Positions 44,711-57,856 of a stretch of 64,000 bases of DNA are shown here, in pieces. The position numbers and the translations under genes are program-made. Numbering within the stretch: the first letter of the stretch is position 1; every line of letters starts with the position of its first letter. Source of the stretch: Octopus vulgaris (lineage: Eukaryota). The stretch lies in NCBI GenBank assembly GCA_951406725.2, contig OX597814.1, positions 65,472,001 to 65,536,000 of the forward strand. The letters are read 5' to 3'. The notes beneath the pieces are model-generated. The model had not been told where the DNA came from. It did not search any database and worked only from the letters and a program-made list of their open reading frames with translations.

Positions 44711-45308
44711 TAAACTTTGTGACAGACTTCGTAAATTTATTATTATTGGAGGTTTAATGTTTGTCCCTGTAGTGTTGAAGTGATAACACTAGTACATAGT
44801 GATGGTGGCAGCTGGTTCTTTCTTGTTGGTAGTTATGGTAGTGATGGCAATGGTGTAACATTTTCTTCCCGCCGAGAATACCTTTTAAACTTTTTATTTA
44901 TATGTTATAGTGAGGAGGAATATGCCATACCTCCGTGGAAAGTACGCAGGTCCGATTAGAAATTATTTATACGGGGAAACTTGAAGTGGGAAAACATCTT
45001 GGACTGACCTGAAAATAAATTGAGAAATTAAAATATTTTTTTATTTTGAAATATAATATTTAAAAAGGTAGTAAAATAAGAAGGATAAGTGAAGTGAATT
45101 AGCAGAGTGGTAGAAAGAAAGGGTAAAAAGTATGGTAGTCTTCAGTTAGTATTTAAGAGAAAATCCGCTAAGGTGGGTGAAACATATACCGGTCATGTAT
45201 TATACTCTTACCGCATAAAGCGATTTCTCTTATACCAATGGTAGAAAACAATATTTACATTTGATACAGAATGTTTACTAATTTTGTATTGATGGTGATG
45301 GTAGTGCA

Positions 45309-45440
45309 TTCTTCTTCTTCTTCTTCTTCTTCTTCTTCTTCTTCTTCTTCTTCTTCTTCTTCTTCTTCTTCTTCTTCTTCTTCTTCTTCTTCTTCTTCTT
45401 CTTCTTCTTCTTCTTCTTCTTCGTCGTCGTCGTCGTCGTC
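45309..45440. repeat. (TTC)n(GTC)n microsatellite
   Basis: Directly visible. Confidence 0.95.
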
Positions 45441-45737
45441 TTCTTGCTCATCATCCTCCTCCACCCTCTCTCATTGCAGTTTGTTGAAAGTGTATTTCTT
45501 ATTCTTTCGAGGAACTGAAATATTTCAGGTTTAAATGTACAACTGTATAACATTTCTAAATGTTACTGCTAAATATCAAGATATCGTATACCAAAGAAAA
45601 ATATCTGCAAACCACAATTATAAATAGAAAATAAATGTTATTTTCAAAATATGTTTCATCATTTCCCGATTATTTTCAATATGTTGTTAATACGAACAAG
45701 TAATTACTCGAACAAAGGGACGCAAACATACACACTG

Positions 45738-45793
<56 letters not shown>

Positions 45794-46604
45794 CACTCAT
45801 GCATGTATACACACGTATATGTCTATTTACATTAGTTTTGATTAATGAGAAAGGACTGCGCCCGTGACATTTGCAGGTTTTATTTGACGATTATGATGTT
45901 CATACAATTTATGCTTTTCTTGAAAATCCGTAGGGCAACACACAGGAAAAATATGGGTAGATATATTATACCAGGGTATTGACGTTACTGGCGTCACATG
46001 GAGTGACGATTGAGCAAAGAGCTTTGATAGGTGATCCACAGCAGAAAGATGAGAGTTAGTGACAGACTTATAGGGTGTGCTGCGTAATAGCAGAACTCTG
46101 TTTCCGAATACAGAAGTACATTATCCGTTTGAATACAGAATAGAAACAGTATCTCTGTAGTGATTGTAGTCTTTTGAAAGGTGCAGTTTTATCAATGAGC
46201 GAGATTATCTTCTTTGCTCTAAGTTATTTTGTGCAATATGAACGTCTTATACTTGAGGCGAGACTTTGTCTTTTTTCCTACTATTAATGAATGTACTCAG
46301 CTTTTACTACTTTTTATGTTTAGATTGGAAAAATAACGTCCCTGTCTTCATTACTTCTCTAGATCTTCCCAGTTTTATTTTCTGAGTTGTGGAAGTCGAT
46401 GCTTTTATTGCCGCATTTTGTAGTAACCAGAAAGAGATAATAGGAATGATGTTGTAACTGAGAAAAACCACCATGATAGAATTGGCATTTATTTTTGTGT
46501 TCCATTATTCCAGTCTATTGTTTGGGTGCATTGTATTTACGTCGCATATCAGTAGAATGTGTATTATATTGGGTAACATCTTTACTGCTGAATTTGGTCT
46601 ACAG

Positions 46605-46838
46605 CAGTGGTTCTTAACCATTTTTTTTACCTATGGACCCCCTTTGATTCACATTTTACTTAGCTGGACCTTCATAGACATTTGATATTTAATTAAATAT
46701 CATAATAAATTGTATTAAAAAATAGAAAAATATTTAGTATATTGTAGAAATATGACCAGTTTATTGCACATAACTTTTAGTAACAAAAATCTAATGTGTA
46801 CCACCAAGGGTCATATGGACCCTGGTTAAGAACCACCG
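46605..46838. mobile_element. hAT-like MITE
   Basis: TIRs CAGTGGTTCTTAACCA / TGGTTAAGAACCACCG, subterminal ATGGACCC repeats, decayed 8-bp TSD GTCTACAG / GTCAATAA. Confidence 0.8.
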
Positions 46839-47239
46839 GTCAATAAATTTGTTGCTTACGTGTTCGAGGATGAATACACGTAAAGCAGGGTGCAATTCTA
46901 CAAAGTTATGCTGCAAAAAGTAGATAAAAGAATACATTACTACGAAACCATGCTGAATAAAACTTACCTCGACCTCTAGAAAATTAAATCTTGCTTCCAC
47001 ATTAACATGTAAGTAAACAACTGAATGAGGACTTGTGAATATAACTTAACAGTTAAAGAATTTCAAATTCGGCGATGATAATATATCAGTTAAGTCATTT
47101 CTACGAACATTGCAGTCACACTATAACAGTCATCTACGTTCCATCTAGAAATTCACTCTAAAATTTCATGAAGAGCGTAGCCAAATTTAATTCCTAGTAG
47201 ACGGCTGCATGAATGTGAAGCAGTGTAGAGAAGATGATC

Positions 47240-47285
<46 letters not shown>

Positions 47286-47423
47286 TACACACACGCGTAT
47301 ATATATATATAAATTCATAAATGAGGGTGAAAAATTAGATATTAATTTAATAATACAATCAGTTTAACACCAAGTGGCTTAGCACATAAAAAAACCAGGG
47401 AGACAATACAAATTTATACTTAA

Positions 47424-47707
47424 ATATAAGAGAGTTACCGCTAAGTGGTTAACTCTAGTGCTAAAAATAGCTCCTTTTTCTGGTATAGCCACCAAAGTTG
47501 TTTCCACCAAGAAATAACATTACCTTCAACGTAAGGAAAGTGAAATACAACGAAAAGATAGATTAATGCCGAACAATTGTTTCTTTATTAATATAATATG
47601 CAATTATACTCACATATTTATCTATAAATCATCAGCGGCATTTATCTTCTAAAAAAAGGAGCTATTTTTAGAACTAGAGTTAACCACTTAGCGGTAACTC
47701 TCTTATA
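47424..47707. mobile_element. Foldback element (~57-bp inverted arms) enclosing a hammerhead
   Basis: ATATAAGAGAGTTACCGCTAAGTGGTTAACTCTAG..AGCTCCTTTTT is inverted at ~47652-47707. Confidence 0.75.
47561..47646 (-). ncRNA. Type I hammerhead ribozyme motif
   Basis: GATAAATGCCG-CTGATGA-TTTAT..ATAAA-GAAA-CAATTG-TT-CGGCATTAATC. Confidence 0.85.
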
Positions 47708-47721
47708 TATATATATATACA

Positions 47722-47935
47722 ACTTTTACTATGTTACTTGATTCAGTCATTTTGACAGTGGCCATGCTGGAGCACCGCTTTTTAGTCGAAGAAATCGACA
47801 CAGGACTTATTTTTGTAAGTCTGGTACTTATACTATCGGTCTCTTAAGCCCAACCGCTAAGTTACGGGGACATAAACACACCAGGGCCGGTTGTCAAGCG
47901 CTGTTGGAGGGACAAACACAGACACAAACACAGAA
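47722..47935 (-). mobile_element. 3' half of CORE-like SINE
   Basis: Matches 11976-12125 and 44340-44520. Confidence 0.75.
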
Positions 47936-47951
47936 ATATATACATACATAC

Positions 47952-48016
<65 letters not shown>

Positions 48017-48209
48017 TATAAATGGATGAATGAATTATCCTTTCTTTACAGTTAACACGGAAAATTCAATAAACAGTTACCAGGGTAGCAAAATTCACTA
48101 AAGTAACAACGAGGTAGCGACAAATGCCGAAAGTAAAAGAATTTGAATAACATCTGCATTCAACATTATTTATTTACTTATATTATATTATATTATATCA
48201 TATTATATT

Positions 48210-48896
48210 ATGGTAAAGGATCTGGGTATCTTGGTGGATTCCTCCTTTTCGCCTTCGGCCCAGTGCGTCCATGCTACCAACAAAGCGCGCGGAATTCTGT
48301 TTTTGATTCGACGGTCATTCGGAATGCTCACAGCAGCCATATTCCTGCCACTCTATGTCACGCTGGTGAGACCCATATTGGAGTATGGGATTCAAGCCTC
48401 TTCTCCTTATCTCCTCAAAGACATACAGCACCTCGAAAGAGTCCAGAGGCTAGCTACCCGCATGGTTCATGGTCTCAAAAATTTGTCCTACGAAGAAAGG
48501 CTGAGGACGCTCGACCTTTGTTCTCTTGAAAAACGCCGCCGCCGTGGTGATCTCATTCTCGCCCACAACATCATAAGCGGGAAGTGTAACCTCTCGAAAG
48601 AGCTGTTCTTCACTCCTGCTCCGGAGCGTCGGCTGCGGGGTCATTCCGAAAAGCTCTACCTGCGACGATTTCATCTCAATCGAAGGAGAGGAGCTTTCTC
48701 CGTCCGGGTTGCGGATCCGTGGAACAAGCTGCCAGACGAGATGGTGAAGATGCCGACGACCGCTTTGTTCAAAGCCTCCCTGGACCTCAAGTGGCCTGAA
48801 CTCTTTACATGAACACCACCCTGTACTTAACTCCATGTCCCCCTACATGGCCTTGCTATTTGCTTTTGAGCCAAATTAACTAACTAACTAACTAAC
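48210..48896 (+). mobile_element. CR1-like LINE, young 5'-truncated copy
   Basis: Open 200-aa C-terminal ORF (KDLGI, LYVTLVRPILEY, LERVQRLATR, YEERL, RRRRGDLI, LRGH, WNKLP); short 3' UTR; (TAAC)n tail. Confidence 0.92.
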
Positions 48897-49111
48897 ATAT
48901 ATATATATATATATATATATCTTCACGTCTATATATGTATTTATTTACATTACTTCAACATCCAAATTTCCTCATTCTACATTGAGAGAAGAAAGAGATG
49001 GACGCTTCAATTCTATGCTGTTGCCGCATTATGTCGTACGCGAATGAGAGGATTTGCATCCCCAACCAAGAATTTTTGATGTAACACATGTCCTTGTGGA
49101 AGCTGTTGTGC

Positions 49112-49189
49112 GCGGCTGAAGAAGGCCACAGACATACATTATGCATTGTTATAAATCTGTCTAATAAAGGCCCGAAACATATGTACCGC
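49112..49189 (+). ncRNA. Type I hammerhead ribozyme motif
   Basis: GCGG-CTGAAGA-AGGCC..GGCCC-GAAA-CATATG-TA-CCGC. Confidence 0.85.
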
Positions 49190-49227
49190 TGAATCCTTGG
49201 CATAATGTTTTTATTTGGATATATATA

Positions 49228-49406
49228 TATATTGTTGTATTTATTAATGGTCATTTTGCCAGTTTAGGCAATAACAACTCACGCACTATATATTTGGTGT
49301 TACTTTGCTTCAGCGTTATTTATTTTTTACATTACTCTTAATCTTATTTCAGCCAGAGTGCGTGTGTTTTTATTGGCAAAATGACCATTCCTAAATACAA
49401 CAATAT
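49228..49406. mobile_element. Short foldback/MITE-like element
   Basis: ATTGTTGTATTTA..AATGGTCATTTTGCCA versus TGGCAAAATGACCATT..TAAATACAACAAT. Confidence 0.7.
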
Positions 49407-49535
49407 CTATTTCAACACACGATTTCACATCAACAATCTTGCAAAAACCAATATATAAATGTATATATATATATACGTTTATTTACAATTGAGGGATATT
49501 TGTCCTTATCGTGTTTGTTGTTAACACAACGCTTC

Positions 49536-49733
<198 letters not shown>

Positions 49734-49740
49734 AATAATA

Positions 49741-50571
49741 CTGCACTAAACTAAATGCAAAAGAAATAGACAAAGAAAAATCCCAGCAATGGTTGAGAAG
49801 CTCAGGACTCAAAGCAGAAACAGAGGGATTTTTAATTGCAGCACAAGACCAAAGCCTCCCCACCAGAAATTACCAAAAACATGTAATGAAAAGAAATATT
49901 ACAAGTAACTGCAGAATATGTGGAGATGGACAAGAAACAATAAATCATATTATCTCTAGCTGCCCAGTCCTGGCTAAGAAGGAATATATTCACAGACATG
50001 ACAGAGTTGGAACCTACATACATTGGAAGCTATGCCAACATTATGGAATAACAACAGAAAAAGATGGTATAGGCACACACCAGAAAAGGTCACAGAAAAC
50101 GAGAAAGCAACCATACTCTGGGATATGCCGATACACACAGATAGAGAAATTAAGGCCAACAGACCAGATATAGTTGTCAGAGATCATGAAGAAAAAAATG
50201 CTTTCTAATTGATGTATCAATACCGGCAGATGACAACGTGTCTCTAAAAGAAATGGAGAAACTCTCAAAATACAAAGACCTGGAAATAGAGGTAACTAGA
50301 ATGTGGAACCTGAAAACAGAAACAATTCCTATCATAGTAGGCGCATTAGGCATGATAAAAAAATATTCAGACAAATACATAACAAAAACACCAGGACTTA
50401 CAAACACATATAACATACAGAAAATTGCACTACTAGGCACTGCACATATCCTACGCAGAACACTTTCCATACAATAACCATCAGAGCATCACAACAAATC
50501 ACAGCACATACCCAAGGCACACAGAGCTGCGCTCGGTAGTGAAGTGAAAGCACGCTATAAAAATAAAACTA

Positions 50572-50574
<3 letters not shown>
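49741..50574 (+). mobile_element. R4/Dong-like family 1, 5'-truncated copy C
   Basis: Same zinc-knuckle/RLE translation as copy A; (AAT)n on both sides. Confidence 0.92.
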
Positions 50575-50626
<52 letters not shown>

Positions 50627-51745
50627 TTCTTTCAGTAACAACCTCCAAATCAATTCCATAATTTTTTCCTTTTCGAGGCACACATATATATGCATGTTAA
50701 CATATATACACACATACACGTATATGGATATAGGATATATATGGATATATACAGATAGTATATATAATATAGAAAGATAGAGGGAGGGAGAGCGAGAGAT
50801 AGAGAGAAAGAGCGAGAGTAAGGTAGAGAGTGAGAAAGTGAGAGGGTAGACTAGAAAGCGATGCCGATGGTTTTATTTGTTGACGGTAGTATTTCTGATT
50901 CACCAGTGACGCTTGTGGGGTTTGTGGAAGTGGTTGTGGCGATGATGGTAATCGTGATGGTGATGGTAGTAGTGGTGGTGATGATGGCTGTTGTGTTCAT
51001 GTTGGTGGTGGTGGTGGTGGTGCTGCTGCTGCTACTACCGCTTATATATATAACGTCACATGATGTGTCTGATACTTCCGTTGGTGTTGGCTATATTGGA
51101 AGCGCTGTTAGTGATTGTGACAGTGATGCTGATGAATGTTTCATGGTGCTGGCATTGTAGGTGGCGCTGGTGTATTGGATGAGTCGTTGATAATTGGGAA
51201 AGTGTGCTAAGTTTTATATATTTCACCAGTGTCAAAAACCCCGCTGAAATAATTCATAGAACAATGTGTTCTACTCCCTAGGAAGATCTCTAAAATTAAA
51301 GAAAACCATCACAGCATGTGTTTCTAACCTAGCCTAAGGACCCCTAACTGTAGTTATGCCCTATTAAGCACATAATGATGGCGCTTTGTGGATGACTGCT
51401 TTCCTTTATTTTGGCATACTATTCAGGGAAGAAACAAATAAAACAAAATAATATTACGTTCTTTTGTTTACTTGTTTTTTATTAGTAATATATAATTCCA
51501 TAATGTGTAAATGAGTGGGTTGGTGTGCGGGTCTGTGGGGGAGAGGAGACAGAGAGAGTAAGGATAAGAGAATGAAAAGAAAAGCGAGTGCAAAGGCGGT
51601 AAAAGAAAGATGTGCATGTGGACATGTAAAACACACACACACACGCGCACACACAAACACATATGCATACAATATATACATATATATGTATGCATATATA
51701 TGCATATATATGTGTGTGTGTATGTATGTATATAAATGTATGTGA

Positions 51746-51798
<53 letters not shown>

Positions 51799-51840
51799 AT
51801 ATATATATATATATATATATTGGCCCAGGCCATGTCAAAC

Positions 51841-51906
<66 letters not shown>

Positions 51907-52177
51907 TATACATATATATGTATGTAGTTATATATGTATATCTTTCAGACTGGCTGTTTATTGAGATGGAAGGCTGGAGGAAAAAACGGATGGTTACACT
52001 GATTATCTGATTATATTAAGTGGATGGTTCAGGGTCAAAGTTAGTAACTTAGGAATGGCAAGCGTACGCCCTAACACACACACACCACACACACACACAC
52101 ACTCATACACACACTCACACTCGCACACACGCACTCACGAATACAATCATACATATATGTATGAATGTATGCATTTA

Positions 52178-52216
<39 letters not shown>

Positions 52217-52769
52217 GGGAAGACCTACCGTTTTAACAATGCTAATACTGCAAACATGGGGAATATGATGTCTCATATAATATTTATTTCAAATTACTTA
52301 TGTTATTTGTTTATTAATTTGTAATAATTTATTTCAAGATCCACCAACATTTCAAATATTTTTCTGGTCCTTTTCTGGGGATTTAATTATTTCAGGGGTT
52401 GTTATTCCCATATTATTGCAAGGCACGTGGTAATATTACAGAGAATAGTGAATATAACAGAGAATAGTGGCAAGCCGTCTTGAATGCACGCGGTGTATTG
52501 ATATTATATTTTTGTATTGATAAACTTCGCATACTCAATGTTGCTGCCATTTTATGCAGGATATTTTTGTTTTTATAACCTACGTTCCTGGATAGAATTT
52601 CATTTTCGTATTGTGTAACGCAGTATTTCTCGCAGAAGTGATGCGGAAAAACTCTGAAGGTTCATGTACATCGGAAGTACACTCTCCAGATCTGTGAACG
52701 TTCACGAAGATGGCGTTTAGATGGCGGTGTGAATCAGTGTGACAAAGGACAAGCATAAGCTGGGCAACA

Positions 52770-53345
52770 GGTTTTAGATGTACCAAGTAGCTGAACTGCC
52801 TACGGTACTGTTAGCCTGCAAGATTTGGTCGGTTTTCGAAAGCCACTCCAAAAGGTTCCATGTAGACTGCCTGAGAAAGTTATTGAAAATCACCTGGAAA
52901 GATAAGGTCCCACTCGCTGAAGTCCTCATTCGAACTTCTTTGTCAAGCGTTTGCACACTGCTAAGGAGAACGTAGGACAGGTGGGCGTGCCACGTTGTTC
53001 GAATGTACGATACATGACTCCTTAGAAGACTGAGTTGCAACGGATAGACGGAAAACATGCTCACACAAGATGGACAGAAAAATCGCTTCAATGATACTCA
53101 GAAAACCTCAAGTGGGAAATGCAAGCTCCTACGAACAAAACAGGATTGCAGGAGCGCAAAGAAAACTGGACTGCGCATATGAAGCGTCACCGCCTTGCTT
53201 TCAGCTACCAGCAGACCATTAGTCCTGGACCTGCGGCAAAGACATTCGTGCACGCATCAGACTTAGCGGCCACAGCCGGACACACCGTAACTTATCTCCT
53301 CTCATGTGATGTCCTTCTTCATCATCCACAACGACGGCCGAACAT
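52770..53345 (+). mobile_element. RTE (BovB-like) LINE 3' fragment
   Basis: RFHVDCLRKLLKITWKDKVP..RWACHVVRM..QKNRFND..TCGKDIRARIRLSGHSRTH. Confidence 0.8.
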
Positions 53346-53376
53346 TATTATAATTATTATAATAATTATTATTATT

Positions 53377-55044
53377 AAGGCCGCGAGCTGACACTATAGT
53401 TAGCGTGACGGGCGAAATGCTTAGCGGTATTTCGTCTGCCGCTACGTTCTGAGTTCAAATTCCGCCGAGGTCGACTTTACCTTTCTTCCTTTGGGGTTCG
53501 ATTAAATAAGTACTAGTTACGCTCTGGGGTCGATATAATCGACTTAATCCGTTTGTCTGTCCTTGTTTGTCCTCTCTGTGTTTAGCCCCTTGTGGGTAGT
53601 AAAGAAATAGGTATTTCGTCTGCGGCTAAGTTTTGCATTCAACTTCCGCCGAGGTCGATTTTGCCTTTCATCTCTTCGGGGTCGATCAATTAAGTACCAA
53701 TTGAATACAGGGGTCGATGTAAACAACTGGTCCATACCCCTCAAATTTCAGGTCTTGTGCCTATATTAGAAAGGATTATTATTATTGAGTGAGAGAGGAA
53801 TGGATACCTTCAAAGTGACACTGGGGTGCACATACACGAACCCCAATATATCCATCATGTCTACCTGTTTGATAAGGGTACACCAGCGAAATGCGTCAGA
53901 ACAATATATGTGGAATATGGTGATCTCATATCAAGATAAACAGTGCATGAACTTGCAAGTGGAGCCTAGGCACATGCATCATAGCCATATGCGCGCAACA
54001 TGGTGACCATATCCAGATCAACACCGCATGACCTTACAGATGGACACCAGTTAGAGTTTTCTTCAGGTCGAGTAGTCCATCTCGCTCAAAAGATCCCCGA
54101 ATAAGGTTTGTTTAAGGATGTTGACCGAAACACCCATGTTTCTAGAGCTGAATTATCCAAACTACAAAGAATAACCCTCAACACATGGCTATGATGCTCT
54201 CACACTACTTCTGCTCATGATTACACATGCACCTCTCATCAGACATTAAGGGACATGTTCAACTGGTTAAGGTCAAGCAACCGACAAACAAATCTTTGGT
54301 ATTGAGCAGAATATTTGCTGCAGCCCTTCTTTTATACCAAGAGAAAACAATGTACATAATAACTCTTCCAATCAGTTAAGATCAGAAGACATGAGAGCCA
54401 CTGCCTGGTACAGCATCAGGGCATTTATTATTATTATTATTGTTGACTTTGCGCAGCTTATAACGTTGAAGATGTACTACAGTGCCATCTTTTCACTACC
54501 GGTGAACTAAGGTAACACCCACTATTTGTCGAGAACCTTCCGGAGTATTCGAGCGGTTCCAAGCAGTGCTGTTTTCTGCAAGTGTTCCACCCTTATTGCA
54601 GCCCCTATTTGTTCCACGTACTTCTCGAGATTTTGCTCCCTGTTCTCAGGGCTCCGGCAATTATTGGTACTACAGCTACCTTTTTCATCGGTCACAACTG
54701 CTTAACTCCCCAATCTAACCTGTCATATCTCTCGACTTTTCTTCCTTATCACATACCTTGTTGTCAGCTGGGCATGCTACATCTATGATCCAACATAGCT
54801 TGTTTTCTTTCTCAATTAAGTGTATGTCCGGTTTCCTATTTTCACACTGAATCATAAAATACCATAAGATCTTTGCATTCCTGTTTTCGACGATGCCTTC
54901 AGGTTTGTGGCTGTACCAATTGTTTGCTCTGTCAAGTCCATACTTATTGCAAAATGCCCAATGGACAAGCCTGGCTATATTGTCGTGGCGTCTCTTATAT
55001 TCCTTCTGGGCTAGTGGTGTGCATTGTCTGATAATATACTATAC
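53377..55044. repeat. Inverted duplicate of 42540-44195 (SINE dimer + TAA element + family-3 LINE end)
   Basis: Colinear reverse complement including element junctions and private variants. Confidence 0.92.
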
Positions 55045-55054
55045 TTTCTCAGCG

Positions 55055-56090
55055 ACCACCACTGCTTAACCTCCCTAGCTAACCTGTCTGTTGACTTTTC
55101 TTTCTTCCTTATAGCATAATTTATTGTCAGCAGGGCATGCTATATCTATGATCTAGCATCGTTTTCTTTCTTTTTCAATTTATACTCTTCTGGCTTACTA
55201 TCCCCCATCTCATGTTCGCACTGAATCATAAAATCCAATAGCATCATTGCATTATCATTTTCGATGATGCCTTCGGGTTTATATTCTCACCACCTTCTTG
55301 CTCTGTCAAGGCCATACTGGTTGCGAAGTGTCCAATGGACAATCCTTGCTATATTGTCATCACGTCTCTTATATTCTTTCTGAGCTAGTGGTTTACATTG
55401 ACTGTTAATATGCCACACGGTTTCACAATTTTGTCCACAAATTCTGCACTTATCACTTTCTGATGTGTTGTCTATTCTGTATTTAATGTAATTCGTTCTT
55501 AGTGCTTGGTCTTAAGCATCACATATTAGAGCCTCCGATTCCGGGTTTAAGTTAATTTTGGCCATCCATGGCCATCTTTTTTCTCTTTCTTATCTTCAAC
55601 TATGAAATTGTCCATGTATTCTTTTCTTTAGGCACCTATTTTCAGTTTCATTCATTGTCAAGTACTTTACAGTGCTTTATCTTTGCAATCTTTCATCCTA
55701 CACAAGTCTGACCTTCTTACTTCTAATAGCGGTTCTGTGGAATTTTTTACACACCATACTATGTTGTTTTCTTCTGCTCTAATGCTGTGTTCGCATCCAA
55801 TCAGTCCTCTTCCCACTCTTTATCTTGATACATACAGTCTGTCTGTGTCACATTTTTGGGTGGAGTGTCCCATATCTTGTCAGCAACTCCCTTGTCTTTC
55901 TGTCTAAGCTCTTTAGTTCGTCTACTGCCTATGCGATTATCCCTGCTCCATATCTAAGGAGTGAAACCGCTCAGGTGTTGATAGCTTCAGTCTTATTCCG
56001 TCCATTTAATTTCGATTTAAGGATCAGTCTCTGTCTGCGCAAGTACTCAACACTAAATTTTTCTGTCATTTCTTTCTCCATTAATTTCTG
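55055..56090 (-). mobile_element. Older R4/Dong-like family-3-related copy
   Basis: LILKSKLNGRNKTEAINT, KRRDDNIARIVHW; diverged homology to 42224-42900. Confidence 0.85.
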
Positions 56091-56107
56091 ATTTGATTCA
56101 GGTTCGG

Positions 56108-57762
56108 TCTGGAAGGCACCTGGGCATGACAAGATCCCCAACTTCTGGTTGAAATATCTAACAGGAATGCACAAAAAGCTGGCTGAAAACTTTAACAACA
56201 TACTAGCAGAGCCAGAGACAATGCCTGAATGGCTCACGAAGGGGAAAACCATCTTAATTCCCAAATCAAATGAGACAGCAAAACCAGAAAACTACAGACC
56301 AATAAACTGCCACCCTACAATGTACAAGGCATTTACTGCAGTGATATCGCAAAGGTTGAACAAGCACCTGGACGAAAATAACCTGTTTCCAGAAGAGCAG
56401 AAAGGATGCCGCAAAGGCTCATATGGCTGTAAAGATCAACTAATGATTAATAAAGCCACTGAAGACAGCCACAGAAAGAAGAAAGGCCTCAGTATGGCCT
56501 GGATCGACTACAAAAAGGCGTTTAATAGCATCCCCCACACATGGATCCTCGAAACACTAGCCATTAACAAAGTAGCACCAACAATTATAAAATTCATAGG
56601 GCACTCTATGAATAAATGGCAAACAGTGCTACAGCTCCAAACAAAAGAGGGACTCATGAAAACCAAAGCCATCCCCATTAGAAGCGGAATATTCCAGGGA
56701 GACACGCTCTCTCCACTCGGCAAAACACGAGCAAAACAAAAAACTGTTCTCAGTATTTAAGGAAGCTGACAAATACAAACAAGAAATCATACCACCTAAT
56801 AAATATGAAGAAGAAGAAGAAGAAGATGAAGAAACAACAAAAGCTATAAAACAAATGAAATCCAAACTAAAAATAAAACAGCAACGAACCATGATAAAAC
56901 GATGGCAAGAAAAGCCCTTCATGGTAAATACTGGACTAAACTAAGCACAAAAGAAATAGACAAAGAAAAATCCCAGCAATGGTTGAGAGGCTCAGGACTC
57001 AAAGCAGAGACAGAGGGATTTTTAATTGAAGCACAAGACCAAAGCCTCCCCACCAGAAATTACCAAAAACATGTAATGAAAAGAAATATAACAAGTAACT
57101 GCAGAATATGTGGAGATGGACAAGAAACAATAAATCATATTATCTCTGGCTGCCCAGTCCTGGCTAAGAAGGAATATATTCACAGACATGACAGAGTTGG
57201 AACCTACATACACTGGAAGCTATGCCAACATTATGGAATAACAACAGAAAAAGATGGTATAGGCACACACCAGAAAAGGTCACAGAAAACGAGAAAGCAA
57301 CCATACTCTGGGATATGCCGATACACACAGATAGAGAAATTAAGGCCAACAGACCAGATATAGTTGTCAGAGATCATGAAGGAAAAAAATGCTTTCTAAT
57401 TGATATATCAATACCAGCAGATGACAACGTGTCTCTAAAAGAAATGGAGAAACTCTCAAAATACAAAGACCTGGAAATAGAGGTAACCAGAATGTGGAAT
57501 CTAAAAACAGAAACAATTCCTATCATAGTAGGTGCATTAGGCATGATAAAAAAATATTCAGACAAATACATAACAAAAACACCAGGACTTACAAACACAT
57601 ATAACATACAGAAAATTGAACTACTAGGCACTGCACACATCCTACGCAGAACACTTTCCATACAATAACCATCAGAGCATCACAACAAATCACAGCACAT
57701 ACCCAATGCACACAGAGCTGCGCCCGGTAGTGAAGTGAAAGCACACTATAAAAATAAAACTA

Positions 57763-57765
<3 letters not shown>
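56108..57765 (+). mobile_element. R4/Dong-like family 1 copy D with partial RT and internal deletion
   Basis: WKAPGHDKI, GKTILIPK, NYRPINC, EEQKGC, AWIDYKKAFNS, GIFQGDTLSPL, then a jump at ~56718 to the C-terminal region (no YxDD); RLE domain; (AAT)n tail. Confidence 0.93.
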
Positions 57766-57843
<78 letters not shown>

Positions 57844-57856
57844 TAGTATTATTATT

